Assembly (NCBI GenBank): GCA_951406725.2
Contig: OX597818.1
Span: 61,318,001-61,382,000 of the forward strand
Direction of reading: 5' to 3'
DNA from: Octopus vulgaris
Taxonomy: Eukaryota
Length of the DNA: 64,000 nt
Position 1 is the stretch's first letter. Each line of letters opens with the position of its first letter. Below, one piece after another: positions 26,211-40,444 of the stretch. Under the pieces are notes generated by a model. It saw nothing but the letters and a program-made list of their open reading frames with translations. It did not search any database and was not told where the DNA came from. A program made the translations under genes and the position numbers.

Positions 26211-26432
26211 TCATCATCATCATCATCATCGTTTAACGTCCGTTTTCCGCGCTAGCATGGGTTGGACGGTTCGACCGGAGTCTGGGAAGCCAGGGCTGCA
26301 CCAGGCTCCAGTCTGATCTGGCAGTATTTCTACAGCTGGATGCCCTTCCTAATGCCAACCACTCCGTGAGTGTAGTGGGTGCTTTTTATGTGCCACCTGC
26401 ACAGGTGCCAGTGGGGGACTAGCATCGGCCAC
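26211..26432 (-). mobile_element. Family C RTE-type 3' end
   Basis: (CAT)n CGTTTAACGTCCG..CTACAGCTGGATGCCCTTCC. Confidence 0.85.
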
Positions 26433-27339
26433 TGACATTTAATGATTTGATTTTCTGCAAGGCAAGCTTTATAAAACCAAACAGCTAACCGGCTGGTTTT
26501 CTAAAGTTGGAGCTAGGAGACTTAACAGCCAAATGAAACAAAAGATCCTGACAAATGGTCGTGAACATTAAATCATTGGTAAAACCATGTTCCTTTTTTA
26601 ATGTAAGTAAATGGTTAGCAAACCCAATCTGAAGAGCAGATAGGTTACTAGGAATGTGTAAAATTGAGAAGATATTTTTATGAGGTAAAATTTATGAATA
26701 ACATTATACTGAGTCTTGCCACAGAGACAGTTTGGTTTGCATAAAATTGTTCTTCAGAAATATTACATTATTCTGATTCTCAGGGCTCTAAAATGGACAG
26801 CTTGCAACAGTATTGGAATTAGTGTATACTTAGGATTATAAGCAGGAAAAATATTAAAAAAGAAGAAAACAAGATGTAACAAAATGGTGTTGAGTCACTC
26901 ATTAACCTTGATCATTCAATTTCAGCCACAATGAAGCTGGTAGAATGTGTTTATTGGAAGGGAATTTGGTTGCTATTTCTAGCAGGCTGAGCAACTGTGT
27001 AACTACAACCTCACAATGCTAAGTAAAGGTGGTAAGTGAAACATCAAGTTTATTCAGCTAAGAATGGCAGATGTTTTGTAAATGTTCTGCACTGAAAAGA
27101 TATGAGGCATCAAATGGTAAATTCATATGAACAAGGATATTATTAGGATAAAAAATGGATTAAAAAATGGTTCTCAGTTACAGCGGAAAGAAACGCTTGG
27201 GGGAAGTTCAACATCAGAAGATGTTAAGTGTAAGGAATAGATAGTAAGAGAAAACCCAAAATGTAGTTTTAGATATTGAGACAATCACACCTGACATGAA
27301 AGCAGGGAAAACAACAGCTCCACCAAAAATTATACATGC

Positions 27340-28290
27340 TCTTCTTTCTAGAATTTACTAAAACAAAAGCAGTGGTTGAACAATTACATCCTCTTTCGCC
27401 AGTTTCCTTGTTTTTCAGTGCACTTCTTCAAAGCTTGCTTATCCAATTAGAGTCAAAATCTAATGGTTGTCCACACTTTCTGTACTTCATCCACAGCAAA
27501 TCAACAACTTTGTAAAGGATGTTTGAGTGACCCAAAGGTGATAGTTGAAAGAACTGGACTATTCTGGCAAACTGAAATCCAATTTTTTAATGGTTTCAAC
27601 AGTGTGGGCTGTCATAAGCCAGATGTACATTATCCTGCAACAATAATACTTAATTTGACAACAGACCTCGGTATTTGGTGCAAATTGTTGGTTTCAGTTT
27701 CTTGGCCAGCATTTCATTATAACCTACACTTGTGACTGTACATCCTCCTTTCCAGGTAATGTTCCAGTATAGGTCCTTTTTCACTTTTTCTGTAGAAGGT
27801 TGAGTCTTGAATTTCTTTTTCACTGGCAATTCTGTTTTTTTTTCACACCATAGTCTGCCTTTTGGATTCTGGCTCAGTGATGGACCCAAGTCTCATTACT
27901 TGTGACTATTCTTCCAAAAAAGCTTATTGAATCTTCACATCAGTGATGGAGGTTCATGGACATCCTGTTACCTCTTCATGTTCCACATTTGTCTCGAATT
28001 TTTAAACTTCTTGATCCACTCATGCACACTTTTAAATGGTAGAATGCTGTCCCTCTATTGTACTGAAAGCCAGTAATAAATATCAGCCCCTGACACACCT
28101 TCAGACCAGAGAAATCAGATCACTGATCTCTGTTCTTCTTTGGTGCACACCTAGAGCAGAGAACCTTTGTTTACTCTGTAACACAAGAAGGCAAACTGGA
28201 GTGACCAAGGTCAAACTTTGGTTGCATAATGAGGAACCCACACTGAAGATGGTTCTCATGAAAATGCAAATAATTTTTGACTTCCCCTCA
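27340..28290 (-). mobile_element. Decayed mariner transposon
   Basis: TIR-like TA|TGAGGGGAAGTCAAAAATTA at 28271-28292; minus translation CTKEEQRSVI*FLWSEGVSGADI..SVHEWIKKFKN; IVTSNETWVHH; PVKKKFKTQPS; KLKPTICTKYRGLLS..LLLQDN. Confidence 0.85.
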
Positions 28291-29771
28291 TAGTTGCCAA
28301 TACAACTAGTTGCTCACTTGAACAAGCAGTGCAGAACTGTGTAGGTGACAGAACCATTAACTATCTGAAGTTGGTTCTAGTGATAAAACAGAAGATATAG
28401 AGAAGAAAAGTATTAGTTTCAGAGAATTGCAATCTGTTGGAAATAAACATTTCCCCTCTAAGAAGCAGCAGAAAAGGAATTGATTTTCATCAGCTGTGTA
28501 TACAATGTCAACTTGCATGAAAGACTGAGTGAATGCTAGTGAAAAAAAAACTAGCAGAGCAATTGAGATGATGAAGGACCACGAAGAATAATGTGGCAAA
28601 CTAAAAAGCCAGCAAACTCAATCACTCTATCAGAGAAAGAGAAGAACTAAGAAATATGATGATGATGACGATGACGATAATGAAATTGATTGATATTTTA
28701 TAAACAGTGTAATGGTATATGTTATTTCTTTCCATTCAAACTAATCTAGCTGCATACGTATGACAGTTGGTAACCAAAACGTTGTCTTGGGTACTTAACA
28801 AATACACCAATGGAAAAGGGGTCAGGGGCAACAAAATAAAAAAAAATGCTTATCTGATTTTAAATTATTCAATATGTGTGAGTACAGCAGCACAATTTTT
28901 TGATTTCAAACATATATCGAGGCATTATTGTAAAATTTGAATTCTTAATGAGCACAGAAGAAATAATATATCAGCTTGATTTTTTTTTTCTTCCCTCCAT
29001 TGGTCAGTTGCTAGAAGCAGTAAGTTTTTCTCACAAATAAGGTTTTATCTTATTTGTAAGAAAAGTGACAAAAAATAATAACAATAATGGAAAACTTGTG
29101 AAATTTGAGCAAGTATCCATTTATTCAACTTAACAAATCTTAAATTAAGTTCCAGTTTCTTTTATAAAAGAGAATACTTTAAGGGAAACAACATAAGAAG
29201 TGTAAAGATTTAATTCCATGGCAACCTTTATACTACACCTAAATTGCAATCACAACTTTGCGACAGATTTTCAATAGAATTACCTAATAAATAATACAAG
29301 CATGTATGGGAAGTGGGGTATCGGTGTGGGTAGATGTGGAAAAGGTAATTTTGGCTTTTAGGAATTTCAGTTTTTAAGATTTATCATGTTCAGATCGAAG
29401 AAAACTAAATAAGACGAGAAAAAAAGATTGTGCCTTTCAGCATGAAGAACAGAGATTATCAATGAAGCCATTACTTTTCAATAGTTACATATCACAATAA
29501 AATTACATTTTCACAAAGGCCATCTTTGCAAAATGTATAGGAGACCATTAAAAGTTGCATAAGCAACTGAAAAGATTGGACTGCAACAGTGAGGCTGGTG
29601 ACAAGAAAACACAGCCAAATAAACTTGGAATATTCAAACATTGTTAGTCTGCTAATATTCTAAGGCCAAACACAATCATTAAACCTCCTTAGGTAGAATG
29701 TTTTCACAATACTTTTTTTAATGTTAATTTTCCCAGACAAGCATTACAACCACAGTTTACATATTCAATGA

Positions 29772-30006
29772 AGGGGGCAAGCTGGCAGAGTCGTTAGCAT
29801 GCCGGGTGGAATGTCTAGCGGTATTTCAGCTGTCATTACATTCTGAGTTCAAATTCCACCGAGGTTGACTTTGCCTTTCATCCTTCTGGGGTCGATAAAT
29901 AAAGTACCAGTTTCGCACTGGGGTCGATGTAATTGACTTAATCCGTTTGTCTGTCCTTGTTTGTCCCCTCTATGTTTAGTCCCTTGTAGGTAGTAAAGAA
30001 ATATAT
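29772..30006 (+). mobile_element. SINE family D, monomer; 11-bp TSD
   Basis: TSD ATATTCAATGA at 29761-29771 and 30007-30017. Confidence 0.9.
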
Positions 30007-32494
30007 ATATTCAATGACAATATTAAGAAATTACCATCATCATGTCAGTCATAATATACATATATTGTCGACACAAAGCACTAATTATCTAAACAGGAAG
30101 TGGACAAATGAATATAAAAGAATTAAATTTCTTTAACAATATATGGGTAGGCATCTGATAAGCAAAGAGCTTGGGAATTTAGAGGAGGGAAAATAATTTT
30201 CTGAGGTAAAAGTTAAAGAAGAGAGCAAATAAGTTGGTTCATTAGTTAAAAACCAGTTGATAATAAGAACAGGATATGACAATGTAATAGAATAGAGGAA
30301 ATGAAGAGGTGTGGGCCAGAACAGGAATGAAGTATCAAAACAGGGAATGATAATTATTAAGGTGTTGATAAGACTTAAATAAGCAACTGGATATACAAAT
30401 TGTAATATTTTATTAATGAGAAAAAGACTTCTTATTCTTCAATTAAATTATGCCATGTATTGTAAATTATTTGTTTCGCTTAGCTTTAGCAATTCTTGTG
30501 ACAAATTCCTTGAGATTCTTAGACACCGTTTACTTGCAGGAAGTCTCTCAAATCATTTCTACTACATACTTCACCAGAGAGTCAAAGTGCTAATAAAGTC
30601 AGCAGAGGTTTACACAATGAATGGTTGTATTGCAGATACTTTTTAAAACAACAAAGAAGCAAATTTTATACATCCATTTTCCTGAATTTAAATGATCAAC
30701 ACCAAAAGCCACATGTTGAGAATTAAATCACATACAACACATGGCAACACATTGAGATGTAAACTGATTGAGCCATGAAACATGGGGAGTCAGACATGTC
30801 TTTTGGGGAGCTATTGGAATTTATAAGTGCTTAATTAAAACCTTTAATTGAGCTATTTCACTAAATGGCCTGAATGTACATCATTTATATGTAGTTGAGA
30901 CTATCAAGGACTATTTTACATCCTTGATATGCAGTTTTAACATTACTTTGTACTCACTCGCTCTGCCAGCCTAAGTGAGGTGAGCGAGAAAAAAAGTACA
31001 TCTCTTCAACAACAGACACTTCAGCAAAATGTCACACAGAAGTCAAATTTATCCTGGGGAACTGAAACTATATATTGATTAGAGTGCGAATTCCTTAACC
31101 ATTTCTTTATTTTTCTCTGCACAAATTGTACCCCAACAGGTTATACATACGCAATTTGCCTCCTGTTGTCAAATACTCTGTCAATCAATAATATTAAGAT
31201 GATTTTAATATTATTACATCATATACTTCAGTTAATTTTTCAAATATGCAGTTTATACGGATTAAAAATTATTTCGTTCTTGTGTGTTTATTACTGTCAT
31301 AAATATCTTCCCAAGATAGAACTAAAAATTTATTCCTAACTCTCTTCCTTTATGTAAAAGAAAAAAAAATTTAAGTAGTTTGAGTAAGTTTTACAATGCA
31401 GATGAGAACCATTAGGACAAAATATGTCCATATTTTTTCGCCTACAAAGATCAGACTTTCTCTTGCATATGTAAATTAACTTTGGAAGATTTATTCTTAA
31501 TTTCTCAAATTGTCTCCGCTTCTCTTGGATAATTGCTAACATTTAGAGTTTCGTTTTCTTTTTCCATCTAAGAACATACATTTAAGAAATTTTTGTATAC
31601 AGCATTATATATACAGTATATATCATCTCTTAAATTATTTATGCAAATTCATGTCACTAGCCCATTTGAGTTATTTCCCTTAACTCCAATTTTATGAAGA
31701 TAATCTTAGATGAGTTCAAAGTAAAGAATAAATTTTAAGCATTTTATAAATAAATAATAAGAAAAATGATATGCACAATGAACAAACACATCTAAAACTC
31801 TGCTCTACTAAAATTTAAAACAGTATAAACAAGAAGTGAAAGCTAAAATGTATCTTTATTCCTACCATTAACATCTTCCTCTTGAAAGAAACATTGATTA
31901 AGCTGGTAGGTGAATTAAATTATTTTAAAGTCAATGTAAAATTTCTGATATTAATCAGGAGAAAATTCAACACATTCCAAAAATTTGCATGAAGTTTTCA
32001 TACATTTTAAATGTAACGTTATCCAGAAATTCCAAAGAGATATTAACTATGATAAATATAGTTCTGTTAAGATAAAAGAAAGCATTAAAAATTGGTATTC
32101 TGAGGCAGAAATGCATAAACATTTTCAAAATTGCCAATAATGATTTTCATCTCTCGCTTCTTCTGATAATGTCATTTCTTTACACAATCAATCTTGTAAT
32201 ATTTCTTAGAACAGTTTTTCGAAGATAATATAACCCAATTGAAATAACTAGGTTGTGTGGTAAAAAAATTACACGATTGCAAGCAATTAGATGAGGTAAA
32301 ACAAATATAAATCAGTCTCTTTATTTCTAAAACTTAACATGTAACTAAATACTAAATCCAAGTTTAACACCAAATCATTATAACATATTACCTACCGACC
32401 ATCTCAAAGATCTGTACCTCATCAATAAGTTTTAATTAATGTGATTACTATCATCATTACTGTTTTAGGCAGAAACACTGAATAATTTACAGTA

Positions 32495-32795
32495 ATCATC
32501 ATCATCATCGTTTAACATCTGCTTTCCATGCTAGCATCGGTTGGATGGTTTGACTGGGGTCTGGGAAGACAGGAGGCTGCACCAGGCTCCAGTCTGATCT
32601 GGCAGTGTTTCTACAGATGGATGCTCTTCCTAACGCTAACCACTCCGTGAGTATAGTGGGTGCTTTTTACGTGCCACCGGCACAGGTGCCAGGTGAGGCG
32701 GCGCTGGCAGTGGCCATGTTCGGATGGCTCTTTTATGTGCCACCAGCACTGGTATCACAGCTACAATTTCTATTGATTTTGATTGATTTCGATTT
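32495..32795 (-). mobile_element. Family C RTE-type 3' end
   Basis: (CAT)n tail plus core. Confidence 0.85.
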
Positions 32796-34513
32796 CCTAT
32801 TTCTGTTTTGAGTTCAAATCCTGTTCATACCGCCTTTTTCTTCAGCTTACTTCAAGTTGATTTCAATTAAAATGTATATAAAATATTAAAATTTGTTCCA
32901 AAACTAAAACATTTTAAATGAGACAATTGTTGTTATTGACATCAATTATTGCTAATATTCATATTCTTTCAATTACAAAAGGTTCTTAAGATAATTCAAC
33001 AAATAAGAAAAAATCCAATGTGGTTTAAACAGTGAACAAGGCTTTTTAATGTAATTATATTTTTAAATCAATTTCTGACATTGTAATTGTTTAGCATTGT
33101 CACTTGTATTAACCATAAAGATTATTCTTTGTTTTGTAATTTACGTTTTAAACTTCCTATTCGGAAAGAAAACTTCCAAGAATTCAAAAGTAAGTTCAAT
33201 AAGAGAAATGTTTGTGAAACTTATAATAATAAAGATCTGCTCTTTCACGTGAAAGAAGACACCTTAAAAGCACATTTTAAGTCCTATTTAAGTTAATAAA
33301 CTCCTGGAGGAAGAAATACTTGAGAAGCGAAGCAGCTAAATAGTTTCAGGCATAGTAATGTCAGTATGAAAACAAATACTTCAAAGAGAATAAAGCAATT
33401 TCATAAAAATTCACATATACGCACGTGTGTGTGTGTGTGTGTGTGTGTGCGCACATGAGAGAGTGTATGTGTAGGTAGGCAACTGCATACAATTGCAAGT
33501 ATATACACGTGTATTAGCATGTTTGTGGGTGTGTGCAAGAGAAAAAGAATATCTCATGAATTATTCCAAGAGACTATTGTATAGTCAATATCAGAAATAT
33601 TTACTTGTTAAAGACGAAGAAACATTTATGTAAACATATATAAACAGTGTGTGTGTGTGTGTGTGTGTTTCATAAATATATTGATTTTAAAGATATATAT
33701 ATACTGTGGTATTGAATAACATTCTATCTTCGGCAGCAGATTCTCTTATATGCATCAGTAATGCAGAAAGAAGGTTGAGCAACAGAGATGCATGGAATAA
33801 AAGAAAGCAAAGAAGAAAGGAGCCAATGTAGCAAACGAAATTTCCTCAAAATGTGTTTCTGTTGATTTTATAGGAACAAAACAAATTTATATTCTATCTT
33901 AAAGCATGCAGAATATCAAAATTCAATTTAATAAACATGAAAAACGATCAAATAAGGTTTATACATAAGCTATCGCAAATTAAAGATATATTTCAAATTT
34001 TTTAAACTGTGAATGAAATTAAATTAGCTGGATTTCTTAAGCAGACAGCAAATCTAAGAGTTAGAATGAACAACTTTAGAATGACGGTTTTTCCATAAAT
34101 GAGAATTCACACATTGAGTTAATGCAGTTAACTTAGTAGAGCTTTTCATTTAGGCTAATCTATTCACATAAATCTAATTCTTCTCCAAGATAATCACGTA
34201 ACCTATTTTGCTGCCATGTGCAATGCATGTTCAACAAGATATGCACACGAAATATACAAATGGACATGTATCCTTCACTGCATCAATATATCTCAGTATC
34301 TCATATGGGAAAACAAAAATAAAATGAATATAAATTGATGACAAAGATACATTCATCCCAGTAGAATCTGAGCAAACTATCCAAATAGCAAATTTGGAAC
34401 TGGATAAACCACAATATTAAGGATAGCCATTATTATACAAGCATTTTGACCAGCTTCTGAAGATTTAGTTTGTTTTCCACTATGCATACATATATATATA
34501 TATATATATATAT

Positions 34514-34928
34514 AGGTATAAGAGTGGCTGTGTGGTAAGTAGCTTGCTTATGAACGACATAGTTTCGAGTTCAGTCCCACAACGTGGAACCTTGGGCAAA
34601 TGTCTTCTACTATAGCCTCAGGCTGACCAAAACCTTGTGAGTGGATTTGGTAGAATTTGGCAGATGGAAACTGAAAGAAGCCCATCATTTACATATATAT
34701 GTGTGTGCGTGTGTGTGTGTGTATGTTTGTGTGTCTGTGTTTGTCCCCCCAACATCGCTTGACAACCGATGCTGGTGTGTTTATGTCCCCGTAACTTAGC
34801 AGTTTGGCAAAAGAGACCGAGAGAACAAGTACTAGGCTTACAAAGAATAAGTCCTGGGGTCGATTTGCTCGACTAAAGGTGGTGCTCCAGCATGGCCACA
34901 GTCAAATGACTGAAACAAGTAAAAGAGT
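34514..34928 (+). mobile_element. SINE family A, full length, inserted in a (TA)n tract
   Basis: Complete head-to-tail match to 16685-17075; TA runs on both sides. Confidence 0.9.
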
Positions 34929-36080
34929 ATATATATATATATATATATATTGATATATATACACACACACATACACACGTGCACTGAGTATCTAAGTACA
35001 TAAAAAAAAGTGGGGAAAAAATTAAGTCTTTATACAAAAAAATTCATTAATGAGGATTACTTAATAAAGACTTATCGCAATACGATTTCCATGTAATAAG
35101 AAACTGCAGAGAAAGGAAGAAGAAAGTCAATTTATTGTTCATATTTCTATAGTATTACACAAATTACACAGATGTTGAGCGAGCAGCTGCTGTTTAGTGT
35201 ACGTCTATAATGCAACTCCATGCAAGAATTTTGCTTAATGCTATTATTCTTTTCAGAGAAAAAGAGCCAATGAAATTTTGCATGTTCAGTGCAGTCGGTT
35301 AAATTATAGAGTACATACTTGGCTGTTGCAGTTTAACTCATTGCAAATATGAAGAATATGAGCTGCCATAGTTAGAATTTCAAAAAAAAAATAAAATACT
35401 GTCAAATTCTTCCCAATATCCAATATTCTAGAAAGATATCAATTCCTTTGTGAGATATCAGCACAACTTCAGTCTGTACTGCATACACACTGCTGCATAA
35501 AAAGAAACAGATATACATATTCAAAGAGTAAGTTCTAAAACTAGATGGATACTAATAATACATTTTTGTTAATGGATTCATGTTAACAACTGCATTAAAA
35601 ACAAGGATTGGACCTTGTCAAAGACATGGTAACAAATCTCAAGAGTGTATATTACTGAAGATGTAATGACAGGTCTCATGGCTGTAAACTGTCAACAAAA
35701 TAACACGTATCACATGGGTATATTATTGATATCACAGAAATAGACAGCTAAGTATGTCAGATATTTTAAAAAGGAAACTTGGGTATTAACGTGTATGTCT
35801 GCATTTGATTGCAGAAATAGGAGGAACATGTACTCAATAGATTTGTTATTTTGAAGATGGTGATACATCCCCAAGTAAAAGAAGAACTGGATTAGGGAAA
35901 GGGTAAATTCAAATGTAATTAACACATACAAACACACATCAGTGAGTGTAGGGGGTGTCCATACCTAAATTTATAAACAATTGGAAAGGTTCTCAAAGTT
36001 TCATGATCAGTAAGGATACAAATCAAAGTCAGAGTGGTACCAACAGAGTCATCTGGACACAGAAATAAATTGTGCAGAGA

Positions 36081-36317
36081 AGGGTGGTGAGCTGGCAGAA
36101 TCACTAGCATGCTGGGCAAAATGCTTAGCGGTATTTCGTCTGCCTTTACGTTCTGAGTTCAAATTCTGCCAAGGTTGACTTTGCCTATCATCCTTTTGGG
36201 GTCGATTAAATAAGTAACAGTTATGCACTGGGGTCGATGTAATCGACCTAATCCCTTTGCCTGTCCTTGTTTGCCCCCACTATATTTAGCCCCCTGTGGG
36301 CAATAAAGAAATAAATG
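36081..36317 (+). mobile_element. SINE family D, monomer
   Basis: Near-TSD AATTGTGCAGAGA 36068-36080 / AATTGTACAGAGA 36318-36330. Confidence 0.85.
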
Positions 36318-36675
36318 AATTGTACAGAGAGAGAGGAAGAGAGACTTAACTGAAAGGTTTGTAACCAGTATCAACAAAAAACTTTTAAATAGTTATTGTT
36401 CTAGGTCTTTGTGATCTGGTTTCAAATGCCTCTCAAGTCAAATTTGGTATTCATCCATCCAAAGTCAATAAAGTACCAGTGAAGTACCAAGGTTAATTCG
36501 TCCCCCTCCCGTCAGAATAAACAGCAGTGCACAACATGAAGATTGGGAGTGACCAGGCCAAATGTCCTTTGTCCTTCCCACTCAAGAAAAAATAAATGAA
36601 GGTGAGTTGAGCAAAAGGCTAGCAACTTCTTATTCAGCATGTAATAAAAAGCAAAGAAACCAGCATGGATGGTAA

Positions 36676-36894
36676 CCCTTTTGTTACTGTATTTATTTTG
36701 AGATGCTCTGTGTTTCTTTCAATTATTTTAAATATGAAAAAGAATTTAGTAAAATAACTTGGTTATCATTAAGCTAGTATTAGGAAAGTAAATTGTGACT
36801 AAGGTTTGGTGGAATATTTTACTTCAAAACTTATGAAAACAAGACTACAGAGCCAGAGCCAGAGCCGGTTTTGGCCGGGTTAGTAACAAATGGG
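36676..36894. mobile_element. piggyBac-type MITE, copy 3
   Basis: GTAA|CCCTTTTGTTAC...GTAACAAATGGG|TTAA; same internal sequence as 23998 and 24251. Confidence 0.8.
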
Positions 36895-37279
36895 TTAATA
36901 CAATATACAAAACATCACTATCTCTGTCTGCTTATATCAATTCTTCTTCAGACAGGATAGTGATGACTGACTTCAAAGTTCAACCTGTTAAGCCATCATC
37001 AAAGTCACTACCAATATTCTTCTTGTTAAAGAATCTTCTATCTGACTTGTTTCAGTTTTTGAGGCAATTCTGGGGCACAGCCCGGCCAAAAGTATTCTGC
37101 CTATTTTATGTTCAAACTAGTCAGATCTGGTCTCTCACACCAACCCTACAATATCGTTTTAAAAATTAACAGCTACCTCATCAAAATCTCAAAGCTACAA
37201 GATAATTCATGATTAGTTCAAAACAATGTGGATAAAAAATGCATTTATTTTGGCAGAATAATGTGAACACTAAAGGGCT

Positions 37280-37532
37280 AAGCTTGGTATTTATTCTTTC
37301 GATTCCTTTAGAGAAACTTCTAGCAGTGATGGGGGAGAAATACACACATGCACAATACATACTCAGTTGCACACAACAGGCTTCATCCAGTTTCTGTCAC
37401 CAAATCCACTCAAAAGACTTAGGTCAGTCTAGGTTATAATAAAAGACACTTGCCCAAGATGCCATGCAGGACTGAACCCAAGACCACATGGTTGGGAAGC
37501 GAGCTTCTTACCATAAAATCTTGCTTGTGCCT
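37280..37532 (-). mobile_element. Old divergent family A-related SINE
   Basis: CAAATCCACTCA..GACACTTGCCCAAG..ACTGAACCC..CATGGTTG. Confidence 0.6.
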
Positions 37533-38533
37533 GCCTGTAAATATGTACTCTACAAAATATATTGAGCAATTCTTCACGTTAATGTAAAACCGTTTTCATT
37601 ATAACTTGACATAAAAACAAACAATATATATGACATCACCTGATCACACACATAAGAGTTGGATTCGCATCCAGGCCTTGTCAGAAATACAAGTTGTCCC
37701 AATAATAAACTGGCATTGTGTTCAGTAGAAAGGTATGCTGTACTATCTTTCACTCAATTGAAGCTATTCGTTTTCCAAAGAATCTGTCAATACTTTACAG
37801 AGTCCTAAACTAATACTGTAATATTTGTCCCCAGATATTTTATTAGAATACATTCACAGCCATTACAGTTGTGCTGAAATAGATAAAACAGTAGAATTGG
37901 AAGTGAGCATCTGTTCTATCCGCATCCATACAATTTATTTTAATGCATTTCATAAAATAAGAAATAATTAGTGAATATAAGCAATACCCACAATGAATAA
38001 GAATATCTTGAATGTCCAAACTTCCATAATGTTATGGATGCGATAGGTTTGTCAAAGAGCATGATGCCAATCATCCTTAATATTTTTTTTCTTGAAAAGC
38101 CTATTCAAGTAGATTCAATTCGATATCATCATTTCAAATCACACAAGCAAAAGAAAAAGTGAGCGGCAGCAGAATTTACAGAACACATTATCTATTTGAA
38201 TATTAAAAGATCATTAATAATGCACCAGAAAAATGTGACAATGCATATGATTTATGAGCCTCTTAAATTAGATTAATGCCAATATTTTGCAGTCACACAA
38301 TGCCCTAACAAATATCAACTCAAAAATAATTTCTAGCAAAATGTCTAATTTTCAAGACACACAAAAAAAAGCTTGCTGGTATATTGATCAAGATTATTTG
38401 GAAGTGAACAAACTATAAATGTTATAGCTTAAATGAACACAGTGTCTGTCCTTGCAACCTATTTTCAAGCATCATTGAACATAGCACATTTGGCAATGAA
38501 CCTCATAGTATATTTCAAATCTTACAAAACACT

Positions 38534-39065
38534 ATCATCATCATCATCATTTAACATTCGTTTTCCGTGCTAGCATGGGTTGGATGGATCAACTGGGGTC
38601 TGGGAAGCCAGGAGGCTGCACCAGGCTCCAGTCTGATCTGGCAGGGTTTCTACAGCTGGATGCCTTTCCTAACGCCATCCACTCCATAAGTGTAGGGGGT
38701 GCTTTTTACGTGCCACCAGTACAGGTGTCAGGCAAGGCTGGCAACAGCTACAATCGGTTGGTGCTTTTTACGTGCCACTGGCACAGAAGCCAGTCAAGGC
38801 AGCACTGGCATTGGCCACATTCGGATGGTGCTTTTTACATGCCACCGACACAGGGATCACAACTACAATTTCCATTGATTTTTGATGTTGATGTACTTGA
38901 CTCAATAGGTCTCCTCAAGTACAGGGTCAAAACGTTGTTTCTTTACTTGCCACCCGCACAGGAGTCAGTCCAGCGGCACTGGCAATGGCCGGGTGCCAGT
39001 CATAGGATTTGGTTCAATTTCGTTTTCACTTGCCCAAACAGGTCTTCGCAAGCAGAGTTTAGTAT
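38534..39065 (-). mobile_element. Family C RTE-type 3' end (long)
   Basis: (CAT)n tail, core, several GTGCC..CAC units, GATGTTGATGTACTTGACTCAATAGG shared with the 58651 region. Confidence 0.85.
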
Positions 39066-39984
39066 GTGTATATATAATCTGTGGTGATGTGCATTTCAGT
39101 ATTATAAGACGCACACCGAAAAATATTAAAAACTTAAAGACCACAAATTGTTTAGACACGCAAGACTCATGGATACCAGCCTACTTTGCTATTATAACCC
39201 TTGTAACTACAGGTTAATCTAGCTTTAACATCTAATGGCATTGCAAACTGTTCAGATAATATTTAAGTAAGGCTGTTAATAATGCAGTTATTTCAGAGTC
39301 TTATACATTAAAACAACTACAATATTAGCAGATACATAGGATTAAACTCTTGGCTGTATTTTCAATGCCAGCAAGTTGGAATTACGACTCATGTTCCCCA
39401 ATCAATTACCCTGTTCATCATTATAGAAAGATTGATCACCTAAAGCGAGGCTACTGAACAGTGCAAACAATATGTGTTGTTTGCCACTCAGCCCTCCACA
39501 CAGATGAACAGAGTATTACAGAATGTATGGCATAATCCAAGAACAGGCAGGGATTTAGTATAATCTCAAACATTTGATCATCTAACTTTGTGGTGTATTA
39601 CGCTTGATGTATTCTAACCATTAAACTCAACAATAACAACAAATAAATAAGATATTTGATCTAGTTCCCAGAAATAATAAGTTGCTTGCCTCTGGCCCTT
39701 TCAGAGACTTTAAAAACTATAAGCATCCAATGTTCCTCACTGTGTGCCAGCCTGCTAGATGTAGAAGCTAAATGCCTATCAAATCACACTGTAACACACT
39801 GGGAAAATAAACAGCACACAAACTGGGAGGATACCCATGGCCAGAAAGTCTTTGGTTTTATGTCTCCTTAATTAGGGAAATCTACCAAAGACCCTTGAAA
39901 TATTTCCTGGTTAACAGTCTCCAGAAACAGCAACCATAAACAGTGATGAAACGAGTCTTGTGTAATGCCAGCTTTAATCTATAA

Positions 39985-40124
39985 TCTTTTATTCATTTGT
40001 TTCAGTCATTTGATTGTGGCCATGATGGAGCACCGCCTATAGTTGCACAAATCAACCCCAGGACTTATTCTTTGTAAGCCTAGTACTTATTCTATCAGTC
40101 TCTTTTGCCGAACCACTAAGTTAC
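39985..40124 (-). mobile_element. SINE family A, 3' half only
   Basis: TTTCAGTCATTTGA..GGAGCACCGCC..CCCCAGGACTTATTCTTTGTAAGCC..GAACCACTAAGTTAC. Confidence 0.8.
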
Positions 40125-40168
40125 AATATTGATGAGGTATTGTTTTCTTTGCAAACAAAGCAGAAGTA

Positions 40169-40444
40169 TTTCGTTTGTGGATTTGGTTTGCAAGATTCTT
40201 TATGTGAGTTCGTGTGTTGAAGCATATTCTGTTGTGTCTGGGGAGAGTAATTTTCTTTTTGTGCCTTATGATTTAACACAACCGCCAGTAAAATTTCCAC
40301 TTACTTCTTATTTTTATTTTCCTAAAATTTTTGTTGCGTCTTGCAACCTTTCCAATAGTCTTGACTATGGAAAATAAGTAGAAATTTTACCGGTGAGTGT
40401 GTTAAATCATAAGGCACAAAAAGAAAATGATTCTCCCCAGACAC
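40169..40444. mobile_element. Asymmetric palindromic insertion with 15-bp TSD (Penelope-like architecture)
   Basis: TSD AACAAAGCAGAAGTA at 40154-40168 and 40445-40459; arms 40231-40360 and 40363-40447 around ATAGTC-TT-GACTAT. Confidence 0.75.

Noticed and set aside
35060-35130. Strong acceptor (ttcttcctttctctgcag) followed by an LRR-like FLLHGNRI
   Set aside because: Only weak donors follow and that frame stops soon after
38575-39087. 170-aa ORF with apparent paralogues (FLQLDALPNANHS) at 10067, 12672, 32605, 43631 and 58932
   Set aside because: Antisense reading of the family C 3'UTR, not a gene family
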